DNA of 64,000 nt from Acidobacteriota bacterium (GTDB taxonomy: Bacteria > Acidobacteriota > Thermoanaerobaculia > Multivoradales > JAGPDF01), in NCBI GenBank assembly GCA_045862895.1, contig BTUO01000001.1:998890-1062889 (forward strand). Direction: 5' to 3'. Made by a program: the position numbers and the translations under genes. Position 1 is the first letter of the stretch, and each line of letters begins with the position of its first letter. The notes under the pieces were generated by a model. That model saw nothing but the letters and a program-made list of their open reading frames with translations, was not told the DNA's origin and made no database searches. This document shows positions 28,521 through 39,053 of this stretch, one piece after another.

Positions 28521-29726
28521 TCAGTTGTCGGCGGCCGGAGGCGGGGCCTCCGCCGGCATCGGAACACTCGTCCCGGGACCGGGACCCGGTGGAGCCAGGA
28601 CCAACGAGAGCGTGCGGCGCTCGCCGCCGCGGTAGAGGTCCAGAGTCACGGACTCGCCAGCCTGCTTGCTCTCGAGCCAGTCCAGTAGTTCGCCCGAGGA
28701 ACGGATCGCGCGGCCATCCACCGCTTCGACCAGGTCACCGGCGAGCCACCCTCCGGGAGTCTTCCGTTGGGTGCCCGTCACGCCGAGGCGTGCCGCTTCG
28801 CTGCCCTCGTCGACCGTGAGTACCAGCGCACCCGCGAGGCCGAGCGCCTCCACCAGGGCGTCGGGCGCCAGCCCGAAGCCAAGGCTCGGGCGGACGATGC
28901 GCCCATGCCGAACGAGCTGGGGCACGGATCGCGCCACCGCCGCCGCCGGAATCGCGAAGCCCACGCCGGCGGACGAACCGGAGGTGCCGTAGATCGCTGT
29001 GTTGACGCCCACCAGCCGGCCACGGCTGTCGATCAACGGGCCGCCCGAGCTCCCGGGGTTGATCGCCGCGTCGGTCTGGATCACGTCGTGGATGCGGACG
29101 CCCGACGGGGAGTCGACGGTGCGACCGAGGGCGCTCACGACCCCGGTGGTCAGGGTGTGATCGAAGCCGAAGGGGTTGCCGACGGCGAGCACGGTCTGTC
29201 CCACCCGGACACGGGTCGAGTCGCCGACGGGCAACGGCACAAGTCGCTCTGCCGGAGCGTCGACTCTCAGCACGGCGAGGTCCAGCTCTGGCGCAATGCC
29301 GACCAGGCGCGCACGCCAATGCGAGTGGTCGGCGAGCGCCACCTCGACCTGCTCGGCTCCGTCGATGACGTGGAAGTTCGTGACGACATGGCCTTGGCGA
29401 TCCCAGACGAAACCGGAGCCCGCGCCGAGCGGCAGCTCGTGCACGGCACCGGCCGATTCCTCGACATGCCGCGAGAAGGTGCGGATGCAGACCACCGATC
29501 GAGAGGCTGTGTCGAAGAGGTCGATCGTCGCGGCCTCGGCGGCGAGCAGGGAATTGGCCGGTTCGCCTTCGGACGCCGGAGCGGCGATCGTCGGCGCCCC
29601 CGCCTTCATTGTTGCTGCCGTTCCGGGTCGTACCCCCCAAGCGGCGACCACGATCAGAATCAACCACACCGAGCCGCCGCGACAGCCCAGCCGCAAATCG
29701 GCAAGCGATTTCTCATCGCGCTTCAT
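28521..29726 (-). CDS. htrA: HtrA/DegP-family serine protease with PDZ domain
   Basis: Catalytic triad context HVVTNFHVIDGA, DLAVLRV and GNSGGPL-like PGSSGGPLID, plus a C-terminal PDZ. RBS AAAGGAGCAAGG before the ATG (end coordinate 29726). Confidence 0.85.
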   Translation of the reverse strand: MKRDEKSLADLRLGCRGGSVWLILIVVAAWGVRPGTAATMKAGAPTIAAPASEGEPANSLLAAEAATIDLFDTASRSVVCIRTFSRHVEESAGAVHELPLGAGSGFVWDRQGHVVTNFHVIDGAEQVEVALADHSHWRARLVGIAPELDLAVLRVDAPAERLVPLPVGDSTRVRVGQTVLAVGNPFGFDHTLTTGVVSALGRTVDSPSGVRIHDVIQTDAAINPGSSGGPLIDSRGRLVGVNTAIYGTSGSSAGVGFAIPAAAVARSVPQLVRHGRIVRPSLGFGLAPDALVEALGLAGALVLTVDEGSEAARLGVTGTQRKTPGGWLAGDLVEAVDGRAIRSSGELLDWLESKQAGESVTLDLYRGGERRTLSLVLAPPGPGPGTSVPMPAEAPPPAADN

Positions 29727-30768
29727 GCCTTGCTCCTTTCTCTCCAACGATCGCGGGTGCGGCCGTGGCGGCGGAAATCTCGTTGTGCCCTCCGAGATGG
29801 CCCGGAGGCCACCACCCCTTTGCGACGACGCTCTCGAGGGCCGCGAGTGCCGAGGAATCGATCCGATCGGGCGCCATGGCGCGCAGCTCTTCAATGGCGG
29901 ACTCCGGCGTCGCGGCGGGCCGGTAGCGTCGTGCTTCGGTGATCGCGACGAAGATGTCCGCGACTTTCAGGGCGCGGGCGAGAAGCGGGATCTCCGGGCC
30001 TCGAAGGCCTCGGGGATAGCCGCTGCCGTCCGGGCTCTCGTGGTGAGAAAGAACCGTCTCGGCGAGATCTTCGGCGCCGCCCACCGAGCGAACCAGCTCC
30101 GCGGCGATGCGCGGATGGTCGCGAATCCTGGCCCGCTGCTCGAGCGAGAGCTGCTGATCGGACTGAAGAACGTCGTCGCCCAGGCCGATCTTGCCGATGT
30201 CGTGGAGGCGGCCCGCGAGGTGCGCCGCGGCCCTCTGGGAGCGATCGAGGCCGAGCTCGTGAGCGACGAGCTCCGCGAGGTCCGCCACGCGGCGGGAGTG
30301 CTCGGCGAGAGCGGGGTCCCGCGCGCCCAGGGCGGTCACGAGAGCGTCGAGGGCACTGCGCACCTCGCTCCGGGCAGCGGCGAGAAGCACTCGGTCGCGC
30401 TCGTCGCGGCGGCGCTCCGCATCCGTCGTGAGCGACCCGACGAGCAGGCCGACGGTGACGAAGCCGGCCACGACGGCGAGCTCGTCGAGCAGCGAAGCCC
30501 ACGGTGACGGATCGCGAAGGGCAACGTGCCCGAGATAGAGCAGGCTCGCGGCGCCGGCGAACAGGGCACCCACGCGCGCACCGCGCGCCTTTCCCGCCAG
30601 GACGATCGGCGCCAGATAGAGAGCGGCCAGGCCCACGTGGACCGCGTGCCGAAGCCCGGTGCCCCGCGCGCCGAGCAGGAAGTGGAACACGGTGATCGCG
30701 CCGAGGAGCACCCATGCCCAGCGGAGCGTGCGGCCCCTCGCCTCCGCGAGCGCAGAGTCCTGGGCCAT
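29713..30768 (-). CDS. membrane HD-GYP domain phosphodiesterase
   Basis: HD motif HLAGRLHDIGKIG and HHESPDGSGYPRGL (HD-GYP signature). The N-terminus has about four TM helices. Confidence 0.8.
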   Translation of the reverse strand: MAQDSALAEARGRTLRWAWVLLGAITVFHFLLGARGTGLRHAVHVGLAALYLAPIVLAGKARGARVGALFAGAASLLYLGHVALRDPSPWASLLDELAVVAGFVTVGLLVGSLTTDAERRRDERDRVLLAAARSEVRSALDALVTALGARDPALAEHSRRVADLAELVAHELGLDRSQRAAAHLAGRLHDIGKIGLGDDVLQSDQQLSLEQRARIRDHPRIAAELVRSVGGAEDLAETVLSHHESPDGSGYPRGLRGPEIPLLARALKVADIFVAITEARRYRPAATPESAIEELRAMAPDRIDSSALAALESVVAKGWWPPGHLGGHNEISAATAAPAIVGEKGARHEAR

Positions 30769-31010
30769 CGATGGACCGGAGAATGCGGGGTCCTCCGGAG
30801 TGCGGAGGCTACGTCCCCGGCCTCTGCGGACGGCGCCCCGGATCCGCGCCGAAAGAGTGCGCCGCGCCGCCGAGGGGGCCGTGCGATGGAGTTCAGCTGC
30901 TTCGGTGAGCTTCGTCGGATGCGGTGTCACTGTCGCCTCCTCGACTCTCCGCGGATCTGCGCGATCGGGCCAGCCGCGGAGGGCCGGCCCGATCTGGGGT
31001 CGCCTGCGCG

Positions 31011-31472
31011 TCAGTCGATGCCGTCGACGCGCGAGCCGCACTTCGACATCGAAGATCCGTAATAGGGGTTCGCGACCGCCGTGTCGGAGGTCGGCTGCAG
31101 CCAGTAGGCCTTCACCATGGGGCAGTGATAGAGCTGGGCGCCAGTGAAACCGGTCGCCGTTGCGAGCCGTGCCATCGCGCGCGACAGCTCGGCGAACGAC
31201 GTCCGCAGGAGCTCGAGCTCCTCTCCGTCGAGCTTCTTCGCCGTCTGGGCCACCTCGACATAAGCGCCGTCCGCACCCTCGCCCGCGGCGTTAGCGAGCG
31301 CGGCGAGGCGGGACGCCGCAGCGGTCACGCCCGCCACGCGGTCGGCGGCGAGCGCATCGTGAATCTCGTCGTAGGCCGCGAAGAGCGGCGCGGTCGGCGG
31401 CGGCGCAGCTTCCGCGCGCACGGCAGTGCCCGCGAAGAGTAGGAGTGCCGGAATCAGAACCTTGCGGATCAT
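31011..31472 (-). CDS. periplasmic metal-binding protein (DUF3347-like; YHCPM...CG motif)
   Basis: Signal peptide MIRKVLIPALLLFAGTAVRAEA. C-terminal YHCPMVKAYWLQ...NPYYGSSMSKCG. Lies directly downstream of cusA. Confidence 0.45.
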   Translation of the reverse strand: MIRKVLIPALLLFAGTAVRAEAAPPPTAPLFAAYDEIHDALAADRVAGVTAAASRLAALANAAGEGADGAYVEVAQTAKKLDGEELELLRTSFAELSRAMARLATATGFTGAQLYHCPMVKAYWLQPTSDTAVANPYYGSSMSKCGSRVDGID

Positions 31473-31531
31473 CAAGGGAAGCCTCCGTTTCGTTGGTTTC
31501 GTCGTCCATCGGGGTGAAATGGGGATCGGAG

Positions 31532-34500
31532 TCATGCCACGCTCGGCTCGAGCTCCGGTTCCGAACCGGGCTGCGGCTCGGGGTTCTTTTCGATCTCGCG
31601 CCGCCGCCAGAGCTTGTAGATGGCCGGATAAACCAACAGCTCGAGGGCGAACGAGGTGATGAGGCCGCCGATCATCGGGGCGGCGATTCGTTTCATGACG
31701 TCCGACCCGGCCGAGGTCGACCACATGATCGGCAGGAGGCCCATGAAGGCCGCCGCCACCGTCATCATCTTGGGTCGGGCCCGCTTGACGGCGCCGTGGA
31801 CGATGGCCTCGTCGACCTCGCCCTCGTTCCGCAGCAGGCCGCGCCGCTTGGCGTCGTCCCAGGAGAGGTCGAGGAACAGCAGCATGAAGACGCCGGTCTC
31901 GGCGTCGAGGCCGAGGAGAGCGATCATGCCGACCCAGGCGGCGATCGAGACGTTGTAGTCGAGCAGCCAGAACAGCCAGATCGCGCCGATTGCGGAGAAC
32001 GGGACCGCCAGCATCACCACCGTGGCCTTGAAGCTGGAGCGGGTGTTCGCGTAGAGGAGGGCGAAGATCAACACCAGCGTGATCGGCACGACCACCTTGA
32101 GGCGCTCGCGGACGCGGATCATGTTCTCGTACTGCCCGCTCCAGGTGAGCGAATACCCAGCCGGGAGCGTTACTGCGCTTTCGACCCGTCGCTTGGCCTC
32201 CTCGACATAGCTGCCGACGTCGCGCCCGGCGATGTCCACGTAGACGTAGCCGGCGAGGAACCCGTTCTCGTCACGAAGCATGGACGGCCCCTGGAGCAGC
32301 CGGACGTCGGCGAGTTGGGCGAGAGGTACCTGGGCCATCGTGGGGGTCGGCACCAGCACGCGACCGAGCCTCTCGGGGTCGTCCCGCAGCTCGCGTGGAT
32401 ACCGGACATTCACCGGATAGCGGGCGCGGCCCTCGATGGTGGTGGTGACGTTCTCGCCGCCGATCGCCGCCGCGATCACCATGTGCAGGTCGTCGATGAC
32501 GAGACCGTAGCGAGCGAGCTGGTCGCGGCGCGGAGAAATGTCGAGGAAGTAGCCGCCGGCGACTCGTTCGGCGTAGGCCGACCGCGTGCCGGGTACGTCG
32601 CGGACGGCCTGTTCGATCTCGGCGCCGAGACGTTCGATCTCGGCCAGGTCGGCGCCGAAAACCTTGATCCCCACGGGAGTGCGGACTCCCGTCGTCAACA
32701 TGTCGATGCGGGCCTTGATCGGCATCGTCCAGGCGCTGGTCACGCCGGGGCTCGCCAGGGCGCGGTTCATCTCGTCGACGAGCTCGTCCCAGGAGATGTG
32801 GTCGGGCCAGAAGGGGCGGAATGCAGGCTTCGTCCAATCGGGCCAGTCCGAGTACCACCGCGGCTTGGCTCGCCACTCGTCCTCGGGTTTCAGCACTACC
32901 GTGGTCTCGAACATCGAAAACGGAGCCGGGTCGGTGGACGTGTCGGCGCGCCCCGCCTTGCCGAAGACCCTCTCCACCTCCGGGAAGGCGCGCAGCACCT
33001 TGTCCTGGGCAATCAACAGCTCCTGCGCCTGGGCCACGGAGATGCCCGGAAGCGTCGTAGGCATGTGAAGAATGGTGCCTTCGTTGAGTGGCGGCATGAA
33101 CTCGGAGCCGAGGGTGAAATAGGCCGGTACGGAGATCGCGACCAGAAGCAGCGCCGCACCGATGACCTTCTTGGGGTGGCGGAGGACGAAGCGACAGGCC
33201 GGCTCGTAGACGCGGAAGATCGAGCGGCTGATCGGATGACGCTCTTCGGCATGGTAGGTACCGACGAGGGCGCCCGTCGCCAGCCGAGCCAGCCACCGCG
33301 GCCGGAAGCTGAACGGATCGATCCGGGCGAACATCATGCGCAGCGCGGGGTCGAGGGTGATGGCTAGGAGCGCGGCAATGGCCATCGCCAGGTTCTTCGA
33401 GAAGGCGAGGGGCTTGAAGAGGCGCCCCTCCTGGTCGACGAGGGCGAACACCGGCAGGAAAGCGACGGCGATGACCAGGAGCGAAAAGAAGACTGATGGA
33501 CCCACCTCCATCAGGGCCTCCAGGCGGACCTGATGAAAGCTCCCCTTGCGACCACCGACCTGCCAGTGGTGAATCTTGTTGTAGGCGTTCTCGACCTCGA
33601 CGATCGCTCCATCCACGAGGACGCCGATCGAGATGGCGATTCCTGCGAGCGACATGATGTTGACCGTCAGGCCCATGAGGTACATGGGGATGAAGGCGAG
33701 CAGCACCGAGATCGGAATGGTCAGAATGGGAACGACCGCGGAAGGCACGTGCCAGAGGAAGAAGAGGATCACCAACGAGACGATGATCATCTCGATCACC
33801 AGCTCGTGCTTCAGCGTGCCGATCGCGCGTTCGATCAGCGTCGAGCGGTCGTAGGTGGTGACCACTTCGACGCCCGCGGGGAGAGACTGCTTCAGGTCCG
33901 CCAGCTTCGCCTCGACAAGGCGGATGACGTTGAGCGCGTTCTCCCCGTGACGCATCACCACGATGCCCCCGACGGTGTCGCCTTCACCGTCGAGGTCCGA
34001 AACGCCACGGCGGATCTCGGGACCGAGCTCGATGTTCGCTACGTCGCGCAGCAGCACCGGGACGCCCCCGGGAGCGACCTTGACCACGATCTGCCCGAGG
34101 TCGTCCGTGCTCTTGGCGTAGCCACGGCCGCGCACCATGAACTCCCGCCCCGACAGCTCCAACAGGCGTCCGCCGATCTCGTTGTTCGAACGCCGCACGG
34201 CGTTGACGACCGTGTCGATCGGAAGTCCATAGGCCGCCAGCCGGTTAGGGTCGACCGTCACCTGGTACTGCCTCTGGTAGCCACCGATCGAGGCGACTTC
34301 GGCGACCCCGGGAACGGACTGCAGGGCGTAGCGCAGCGTCCAGTCCTGGTAGGAGCGCAGCTCGTCGAGCGAGTGCTTCTTCTCGCGGTCGACGAGGGCG
34401 TACTGGTAGACCCAGCCGACGCCGGTCGCGTCCGGACCGAGCTCGGTCTGGACGCCCTCGGGGAGCCGCGACTGGATCTTGGACAGATACTCGAGGACCC

Positions 34501-34822
34501 TGGAGCGTGCCCAGTAAAGGTCGGTGCCGTCCTGGAAGATCACGTAGACGTACGAGAACCCGAAGTCGGAGTAGCCGCGGATCGCTTTGACCTTCGGCGC
34601 TCCGAGCAGGTTGGCGATGATCGGGTAAGTGACCTGGTCCTCGAGGATGTCGGGAGAACGGTCCCATCGCGAGTAGACGATGACCTGGGTGTCGGAGAGA
34701 TCCGGCAGAGCGTCCAGTCGGATCTGCCGCAAGGTGTAGCCGGCGAGGACGATCAGGACAGCGACGGCCCCGAGCACGAGGAATCGGTTTTCGGCGGAGA
34801 AGCGGATGATGCGCTTGATCAT
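31532..34822 (-). CDS. cusA: heavy-metal efflux RND pump CusA/CzcA family
   Basis: 1096 aa. The N-terminus MIKRIIRFSAENRFLVLGAVAVLIV and overall HME-RND architecture match. The antisense ORFs 31445-33367 and 33533-34849 are rejected. Confidence 0.9.
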   Translation of the reverse strand: MIKRIIRFSAENRFLVLGAVAVLIVLAGYTLRQIRLDALPDLSDTQVIVYSRWDRSPDILEDQVTYPIIANLLGAPKVKAIRGYSDFGFSYVYVIFQDGTDLYWARSRVLEYLSKIQSRLPEGVQTELGPDATGVGWVYQYALVDREKKHSLDELRSYQDWTLRYALQSVPGVAEVASIGGYQRQYQVTVDPNRLAAYGLPIDTVVNAVRRSNNEIGGRLLELSGREFMVRGRGYAKSTDDLGQIVVKVAPGGVPVLLRDVANIELGPEIRRGVSDLDGEGDTVGGIVVMRHGENALNVIRLVEAKLADLKQSLPAGVEVVTTYDRSTLIERAIGTLKHELVIEMIIVSLVILFFLWHVPSAVVPILTIPISVLLAFIPMYLMGLTVNIMSLAGIAISIGVLVDGAIVEVENAYNKIHHWQVGGRKGSFHQVRLEALMEVGPSVFFSLLVIAVAFLPVFALVDQEGRLFKPLAFSKNLAMAIAALLAITLDPALRMMFARIDPFSFRPRWLARLATGALVGTYHAEERHPISRSIFRVYEPACRFVLRHPKKVIGAALLLVAISVPAYFTLGSEFMPPLNEGTILHMPTTLPGISVAQAQELLIAQDKVLRAFPEVERVFGKAGRADTSTDPAPFSMFETTVVLKPEDEWRAKPRWYSDWPDWTKPAFRPFWPDHISWDELVDEMNRALASPGVTSAWTMPIKARIDMLTTGVRTPVGIKVFGADLAEIERLGAEIEQAVRDVPGTRSAYAERVAGGYFLDISPRRDQLARYGLVIDDLHMVIAAAIGGENVTTTIEGRARYPVNVRYPRELRDDPERLGRVLVPTPTMAQVPLAQLADVRLLQGPSMLRDENGFLAGYVYVDIAGRDVGSYVEEAKRRVESAVTLPAGYSLTWSGQYENMIRVRERLKVVVPITLVLIFALLYANTRSSFKATVVMLAVPFSAIGAIWLFWLLDYNVSIAAWVGMIALLGLDAETGVFMLLFLDLSWDDAKRRGLLRNEGEVDEAIVHGAVKRARPKMMTVAAAFMGLLPIMWSTSAGSDVMKRIAAPMIGGLITSFALELLVYPAIYKLWRRREIEKNPEPQPGSEPELEPSVA

Positions 34823-34839
34823 GGCGATCTCCCCTCGGC

Positions 34840-36312
34840 TCAGTGCTGATGGCCGGTGTTGGCGGGCGTCGGGGCGGTGGCTCCGGCGGACGGTGCGGGT
34901 GCCTGCGCCGCCTGCAAAGCGGCGCGCAGTTTCGATTCGGAGTCGAGAAGGAAGTTGGCACGGGTCGCTACGCGTTCGCCTTCACGAACTCCCGACGAAA
35001 TGACGACCCTGCCGGCGCCACGAAGTCCGACCTGGACATCGCGCGGCTCGAAGGTTCCGGGCTCGAGCTCGACGAAGACCACCTGCCTCAGTCCGGTGTC
35101 GATCACCGCGTCCTCGGGGACGGCGATGCCATCGGCCGCCTCCAGGTCGGCCGTGACGTCGACGAACATGCCGGGCTTCAGGTGACCGTCGAGATTGCCC
35201 AGCTCGAGGCGCACCTTGAGAGTCCGGCTCTCGGCCGAGAGCGTCGGGTAGATGAAGGTGACCTCGGCAGGCATGACGTGTCCGGCCTCGTAGGGCAGGT
35301 GGACATCCGCCCGCTGTCCGACGCGCAAGAGCCGCGCTTCGTTCTCGTAGAACTCGGCCTCCACCCAGACATGGGAGAGGTCGGTGAGCGTGAAGAGCTC
35401 CATACCGGGCTGAACCTCCATTCCTTCGAGAACCTCCTTGGTGCTCACGAAGCCGGAGGCCGGTGCGACCAGCGTGACCGTGCGTTGCGCCTTGCCCGTG
35501 CGCTCGATGGTCTCGAGGAAGCTCTGTGGCACGTCGAACAGCTCCAGACGTCGGCGCGACGATGCGGCGAGCTCTTCGCCGCCTTCTCTGACTTCGGGAA
35601 TGTTGGAGCTCGCGAAGCGGGCGGCCGACTGCCGGGCGCGCAGGTACTCTTCCTGCGAGGCGAGCAACTCCGGCGAGTAGATGGCGAGAACCGGCTGGCC
35701 TCGGCGCACCAGTTGCCCGGTGAAGTTGACGTGGAGTTTCTCCACCCAACCGGCGATCTTGGTGTGGACGTGGCGAACCAGCCGCTCATCCGGCAGCACC
35801 AGACCCACGGTCCGGGTGGAGCTGGCGAGATGCTCGCGCGCCGCGACCGCGGTGCGGACGCCGGCGAGCTGGATGCCGCCGGCGTTTACGGAGACGGTCG
35901 CCAGCCCCGGAACCGAGCTCGCCGGGCGCGAGGCTTCGTCTGCATAGACCGGCACGTACTCCATCCCCATCGAGTCTTTCGCCGGCACCGGCGAGGTCAC
36001 CGACGGGTCCATCGGGCTGCGGTAGAAGAGGATGCGACGCTGTTCGGCGCCCGCGGCGCTGCCGGACCGGTCCGCGGCGTGCTCGCTCTTAGGAATCGGC
36101 ACCAGCTTCATGCCGCAGATCGGGCAGTCGCCCGGCTTGTCGGAGGTGTAGGTCGGGTGCATCGGGCAGTGCCAGCCGGCCCCCTCCTCCGAGTGCTCGG
36201 CGCCGCAGCCGAGAAACGGCAGGGCGACGAGGAGCAACCCGAGCACGAGCAGCGTGCGCCGGGCCGCGGCGGAGCGGGCGAGAGAATGGAACGGGTTGCG
36301 GAACATGGTCAC
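34840..36312 (-). CDS. cusB: RND efflux membrane fusion protein CusB/CzcB with N-terminal CPMHP...CPICGM metal-binding domain
   Basis: Signal/lipobox region, then WHCPMHPTYTSDKPGDCPICGMKL and a periplasmic adaptor beta-barrel region. Confidence 0.8.
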   Translation of the reverse strand: MTMFRNPFHSLARSAAARRTLLVLGLLLVALPFLGCGAEHSEEGAGWHCPMHPTYTSDKPGDCPICGMKLVPIPKSEHAADRSGSAAGAEQRRILFYRSPMDPSVTSPVPAKDSMGMEYVPVYADEASRPASSVPGLATVSVNAGGIQLAGVRTAVAAREHLASSTRTVGLVLPDERLVRHVHTKIAGWVEKLHVNFTGQLVRRGQPVLAIYSPELLASQEEYLRARQSAARFASSNIPEVREGGEELAASSRRRLELFDVPQSFLETIERTGKAQRTVTLVAPASGFVSTKEVLEGMEVQPGMELFTLTDLSHVWVEAEFYENEARLLRVGQRADVHLPYEAGHVMPAEVTFIYPTLSAESRTLKVRLELGNLDGHLKPGMFVDVTADLEAADGIAVPEDAVIDTGLRQVVFVELEPGTFEPRDVQVGLRGAGRVVISSGVREGERVATRANFLLDSESKLRAALQAAQAPAPSAGATAPTPANTGHQH

Positions 36313-37640
36313 TCCTTCACGCCGGCCAGGAGTGACCCGGTACCGGCCATGCGGTCGAATGCGACGGAAGCGATGAATCGGTCGGCCTCGCGGCGCGCGA
36401 GCGCGACGCGGGCTTCGAGCCAGAGGTTGAAGTCCTCGATGACGGTGGAGAAATCTCCCCGGCCGGTGAGGTAGCCGGCACGGGCGGCGGCGAGGGCGGC
36501 GCTCGTCTGGGGCAGGATGCCCTGGCGATAACGGTTCGCCTGCTCGTCGGCGTTCTGCCAGGCGGCGAGGAGGCTCGCGGCCTCGCCGCGCACCATTGCC
36601 TCGGCGTCCGCCTGCTCTCGGCGCGCGGCCTCGAGCTCGTACTCGGCAGCGCGCAGCATCGGCAGCTGCTTCTGGCGGCGCCAGATCGGCAGCTCGACGC
36701 CGATGCCGAGCAGGACGACGGGGTCGTAGCCCCCGCGCGCGGCGAGCCCGGCATTGGCCGAGAAGTTGGGCTTGAGCTCGAGCCGGGCGAGCGCGACCCG
36801 ACGCTCGGCGGCGATCACGGTCGCCTGCGCCCGCCGGACCTCGGCGGAGCCGGCGAGAGCGAGCCGCTCGGCATCGGAGCCGATCGGCCGGCTGCCCGGC
36901 AGGAGCCGGGTGTCCGCGAGGGGTGCGTCGCCGGGGCGATCGAGCCAGCGGTTGAGCTCGGCGACCAGGGTTCGCCGCTCCATGGCCAGGTCGCTCACCA
37001 ACTCAGCGATGCGCAGCTCCTGGACCTGGATCTTGAGCACCCCTTCCTGGTCTCCCTCGCCCGCGGAGTAGCGACTGTGGGCGATCTCTTCGAGCAGGTC
37101 GACCAACTCGTCGGCCGCGGCGAGCGCCTCGCGCTCGCGATCGAGTGCCCAGACCCGCGCGTAGAGAGAGCGAACCTCGGCGGCGACCTGCCGCTCGAGC
37201 GCGGCGAGATCGGCCCGCGCCCGCTCGGTTTCGGCCCGCGCGACGTCGCGCGCGGCGGCGCGTTTGCCGGGGTACGGGAGGCCCTGTCGGGCCCGGACGC
37301 CGAGCATCGACATCTCCTCCGAGCCGACAGTCGGCTCGAAGCCAATGTTCTGGAGCTCTGCCTCGACCATCGGGTCGGGCAGGGCGCCGGCGGGCGCCTC
37401 CATCTCGCGCCGCGCCTCGATCTCGGCCCGCTTCGCGGCGAGCGCCGGGGCTCGCGACAGCGCCTCGGCGACGAGCGCCTCGAGCTCCGCGACAGGCTCA
37501 TCGGAGAGTAGCCCCGGCGCCGAGGTGAGGTCGGCCGTCCGAGATTCGGTTGGGGTTGCTGCGGGCGCGGGCTCGGCCTGCCCGAAGGCCGGCGCCTGGA
37601 GCGCCACCAAGAGGGTGAGCGCTGGGAGAATGCGGTCCAT
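36309..37640 (-). CDS. cusC: outer membrane factor CusC/CzcC (TolC family)
   Basis: Signal peptide MDRILPALTLLVALQAPAFG and the two-repeat OEP architecture. Confidence 0.75.
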   Translation of the reverse strand: MDRILPALTLLVALQAPAFGQAEPAPAATPTESRTADLTSAPGLLSDEPVAELEALVAEALSRAPALAAKRAEIEARREMEAPAGALPDPMVEAELQNIGFEPTVGSEEMSMLGVRARQGLPYPGKRAAARDVARAETERARADLAALERQVAAEVRSLYARVWALDREREALAAADELVDLLEEIAHSRYSAGEGDQEGVLKIQVQELRIAELVSDLAMERRTLVAELNRWLDRPGDAPLADTRLLPGSRPIGSDAERLALAGSAEVRRAQATVIAAERRVALARLELKPNFSANAGLAARGGYDPVVLLGIGVELPIWRRQKQLPMLRAAEYELEAARREQADAEAMVRGEAASLLAAWQNADEQANRYRQGILPQTSAALAAARAGYLTGRGDFSTVIEDFNLWLEARVALARREADRFIASVAFDRMAGTGSLLAGVKE

Positions 37641-37710
37641 GAGGTCCTCCTCGACCATTCCGGATGGAGCCCGCCTCTATTGGCGGGGTCCGCTCAGGCG
37701 TGGAGGGGCC

Positions 37711-38079
37711 TCAATTCCTCAGGACACAGGTCCTCGCCAGGCAGTCGAGAGGAGGGTGCGGTTGCCTCCGGTCGGGCAGGAATGGAATGGCGACCGGCAG
37801 CAGGGCGATCGCAGCGGTGGAGCCGCCGACGATTGCCACGATCGTCAATGGGTCCCGCTCCGGCACCACGGGCGCCGCGGCTCGCGCCGTGGGTGCGTGC
37901 TCACAGCAGTCCATCGAGACCGTCGCCGGGGCCGGCGGGCAGCAGTCGTGCCCGCCCGCTCCGCCCCCGTCCATCATCGGGCAGTCGGCCATGGCACATG
38001 CCTCGAACGCCGCCGCGAGGCCCGGCAGGAGCAGGGCCACGGCGACGGCGAGTGCGAGGAGCTTGGCGAACGGCCTCAT
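37711..38079 (-). CDS. small secreted Cys-rich protein, paralog A (leader gene of cusCBA)
   Basis: Signal peptide, then CAMADCPMMDGGGAGGHDCCPPAPATVSMDCCEH...LDCLARTCVLRN. Paralogous to 39253-39624, with conserved Cys positions and a shared LDCLxxxCVLR C-terminus. Confidence 0.5.
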   Translation of the reverse strand: MRPFAKLLALAVAVALLLPGLAAAFEACAMADCPMMDGGGAGGHDCCPPAPATVSMDCCEHAPTARAAAPVVPERDPLTIVAIVGGSTAAIALLPVAIPFLPDRRQPHPPLDCLARTCVLRN

Positions 38080-38117
38080 GGACGGTTCCGGAAGCGGGTC
38101 TCGGTGGCGAGTTCGTG

Positions 38118-38606
38118 TCAGCCGACGGTCACGGTGACCAGCATGTGGTTGGTCTCGCCATTGGAGTGATCCATGCCGAAGAAGTCGTAGTCGTGCCGGC
38201 CCATCGGCGCGTTCGCACCGTGGCAGCCGTACTCGCCGCCGAAGTCTTCGAAGCAGTAGATCCCGTCGTTGGGCGTCCGGTCACCGTGCGTGCCGTCGTC
38301 GTACAGGGTCATGCGGCCACCGTTCATCATCGAGCCGTGGCCGTTGGGCCGCATGTAGTCGATGCGAGCCGTGTGGCCCAACGCGGGCCGACCCGCGAGG
38401 TCGACGAGGTGCGCCTCGAAGCGCGTGCTGGCCCCCGTCCCGTGATCGCGCGAGACGGTCGTGCCGTTGACGACCGTGCCGGCGACCGACACGGTGGCCT
38501 TCTGCAGCACGATCGAGCTGCTCGTAGGCTGGGTGGGGCTCGAGCCATCGCAGGCCGAAACGGCGAGGCCGGCGACGAGAGAGAGGGTGAGGAGCTTGGT
38601 GTGCAC
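38118..38606 (-). CDS. His/Met-rich lipoprotein, putative periplasmic metal binding
   Basis: Lipobox LAVSAC, with many His, Met and Asp residues (HGSMMNGGRM, HGDRTPNDG, HGANAPMGRHDYDFFGMDHSNGETNHM). Confidence 0.45.
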   Translation of the reverse strand: MHTKLLTLSLVAGLAVSACDGSSPTQPTSSSIVLQKATVSVAGTVVNGTTVSRDHGTGASTRFEAHLVDLAGRPALGHTARIDYMRPNGHGSMMNGGRMTLYDDGTHGDRTPNDGIYCFEDFGGEYGCHGANAPMGRHDYDFFGMDHSNGETNHMLVTVTVG

Positions 38607-38660
38607 GATCGGTCCTTTCTTCGCGGATTCCGCGGGCGCGACGGCGAGAGAGCTCGCCGA

Positions 38661-39053
38661 TCAGTTGTTCATCGAATCGTCGGGGTCGGCGAGCCGGACG
38701 ATGTCGCCCTTCTCGACCTTGCCGTCGAGCACGGTCGCCTGCGCGAAGTGCTCGTCGACGATCGCGTCGACCCTCACCTTGCCGACCTTCTCGCGATGGA
38801 AGCGGACCCCTTGCTTGGGATTGCCGCTCCGGGCGCGGGTTACCCGGACGACGTCGAGCACCTGGCCCGGGGCGGCGCCCTCGGCGGTCCCGATGCAGAG
38901 GTAGATCCCTTCGGCCGATGCTTCGATGACGCTGCCGGCCATGAAGACGGTGTGCCGGATGCCCGGGTTCTCGGCGCGGGCGGTCGAAACGGCGAGAAGG
39001 GTCGAAACAGCGAACAGAGAGGCGGCGAATGCGAGCTTCGAGATCTTGGTCAT
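38661..39053 (-). CDS. secreted hypothetical protein
   Basis: Signal peptide MTKISKLAFAASLFAVSTLLAVSTARA. No recognisable motif. Confidence 0.35.
   Translation of the reverse strand: MTKISKLAFAASLFAVSTLLAVSTARAENPGIRHTVFMAGSVIEASAEGIYLCIGTAEGAAPGQVLDVVRVTRARSGNPKQGVRFHREKVGKVRVDAIVDEHFAQATVLDGKVEKGDIVRLADPDDSMNN

Noticed and set aside
31445-36474. Long plus-strand ORFs (640, 438 and 543 aa) antisense to cusA and cusB
   Set aside because: These are antisense to strongly supported heavy-metal efflux RND and membrane-fusion-protein genes, with a low-complexity Gly/Arg/Asp composition.
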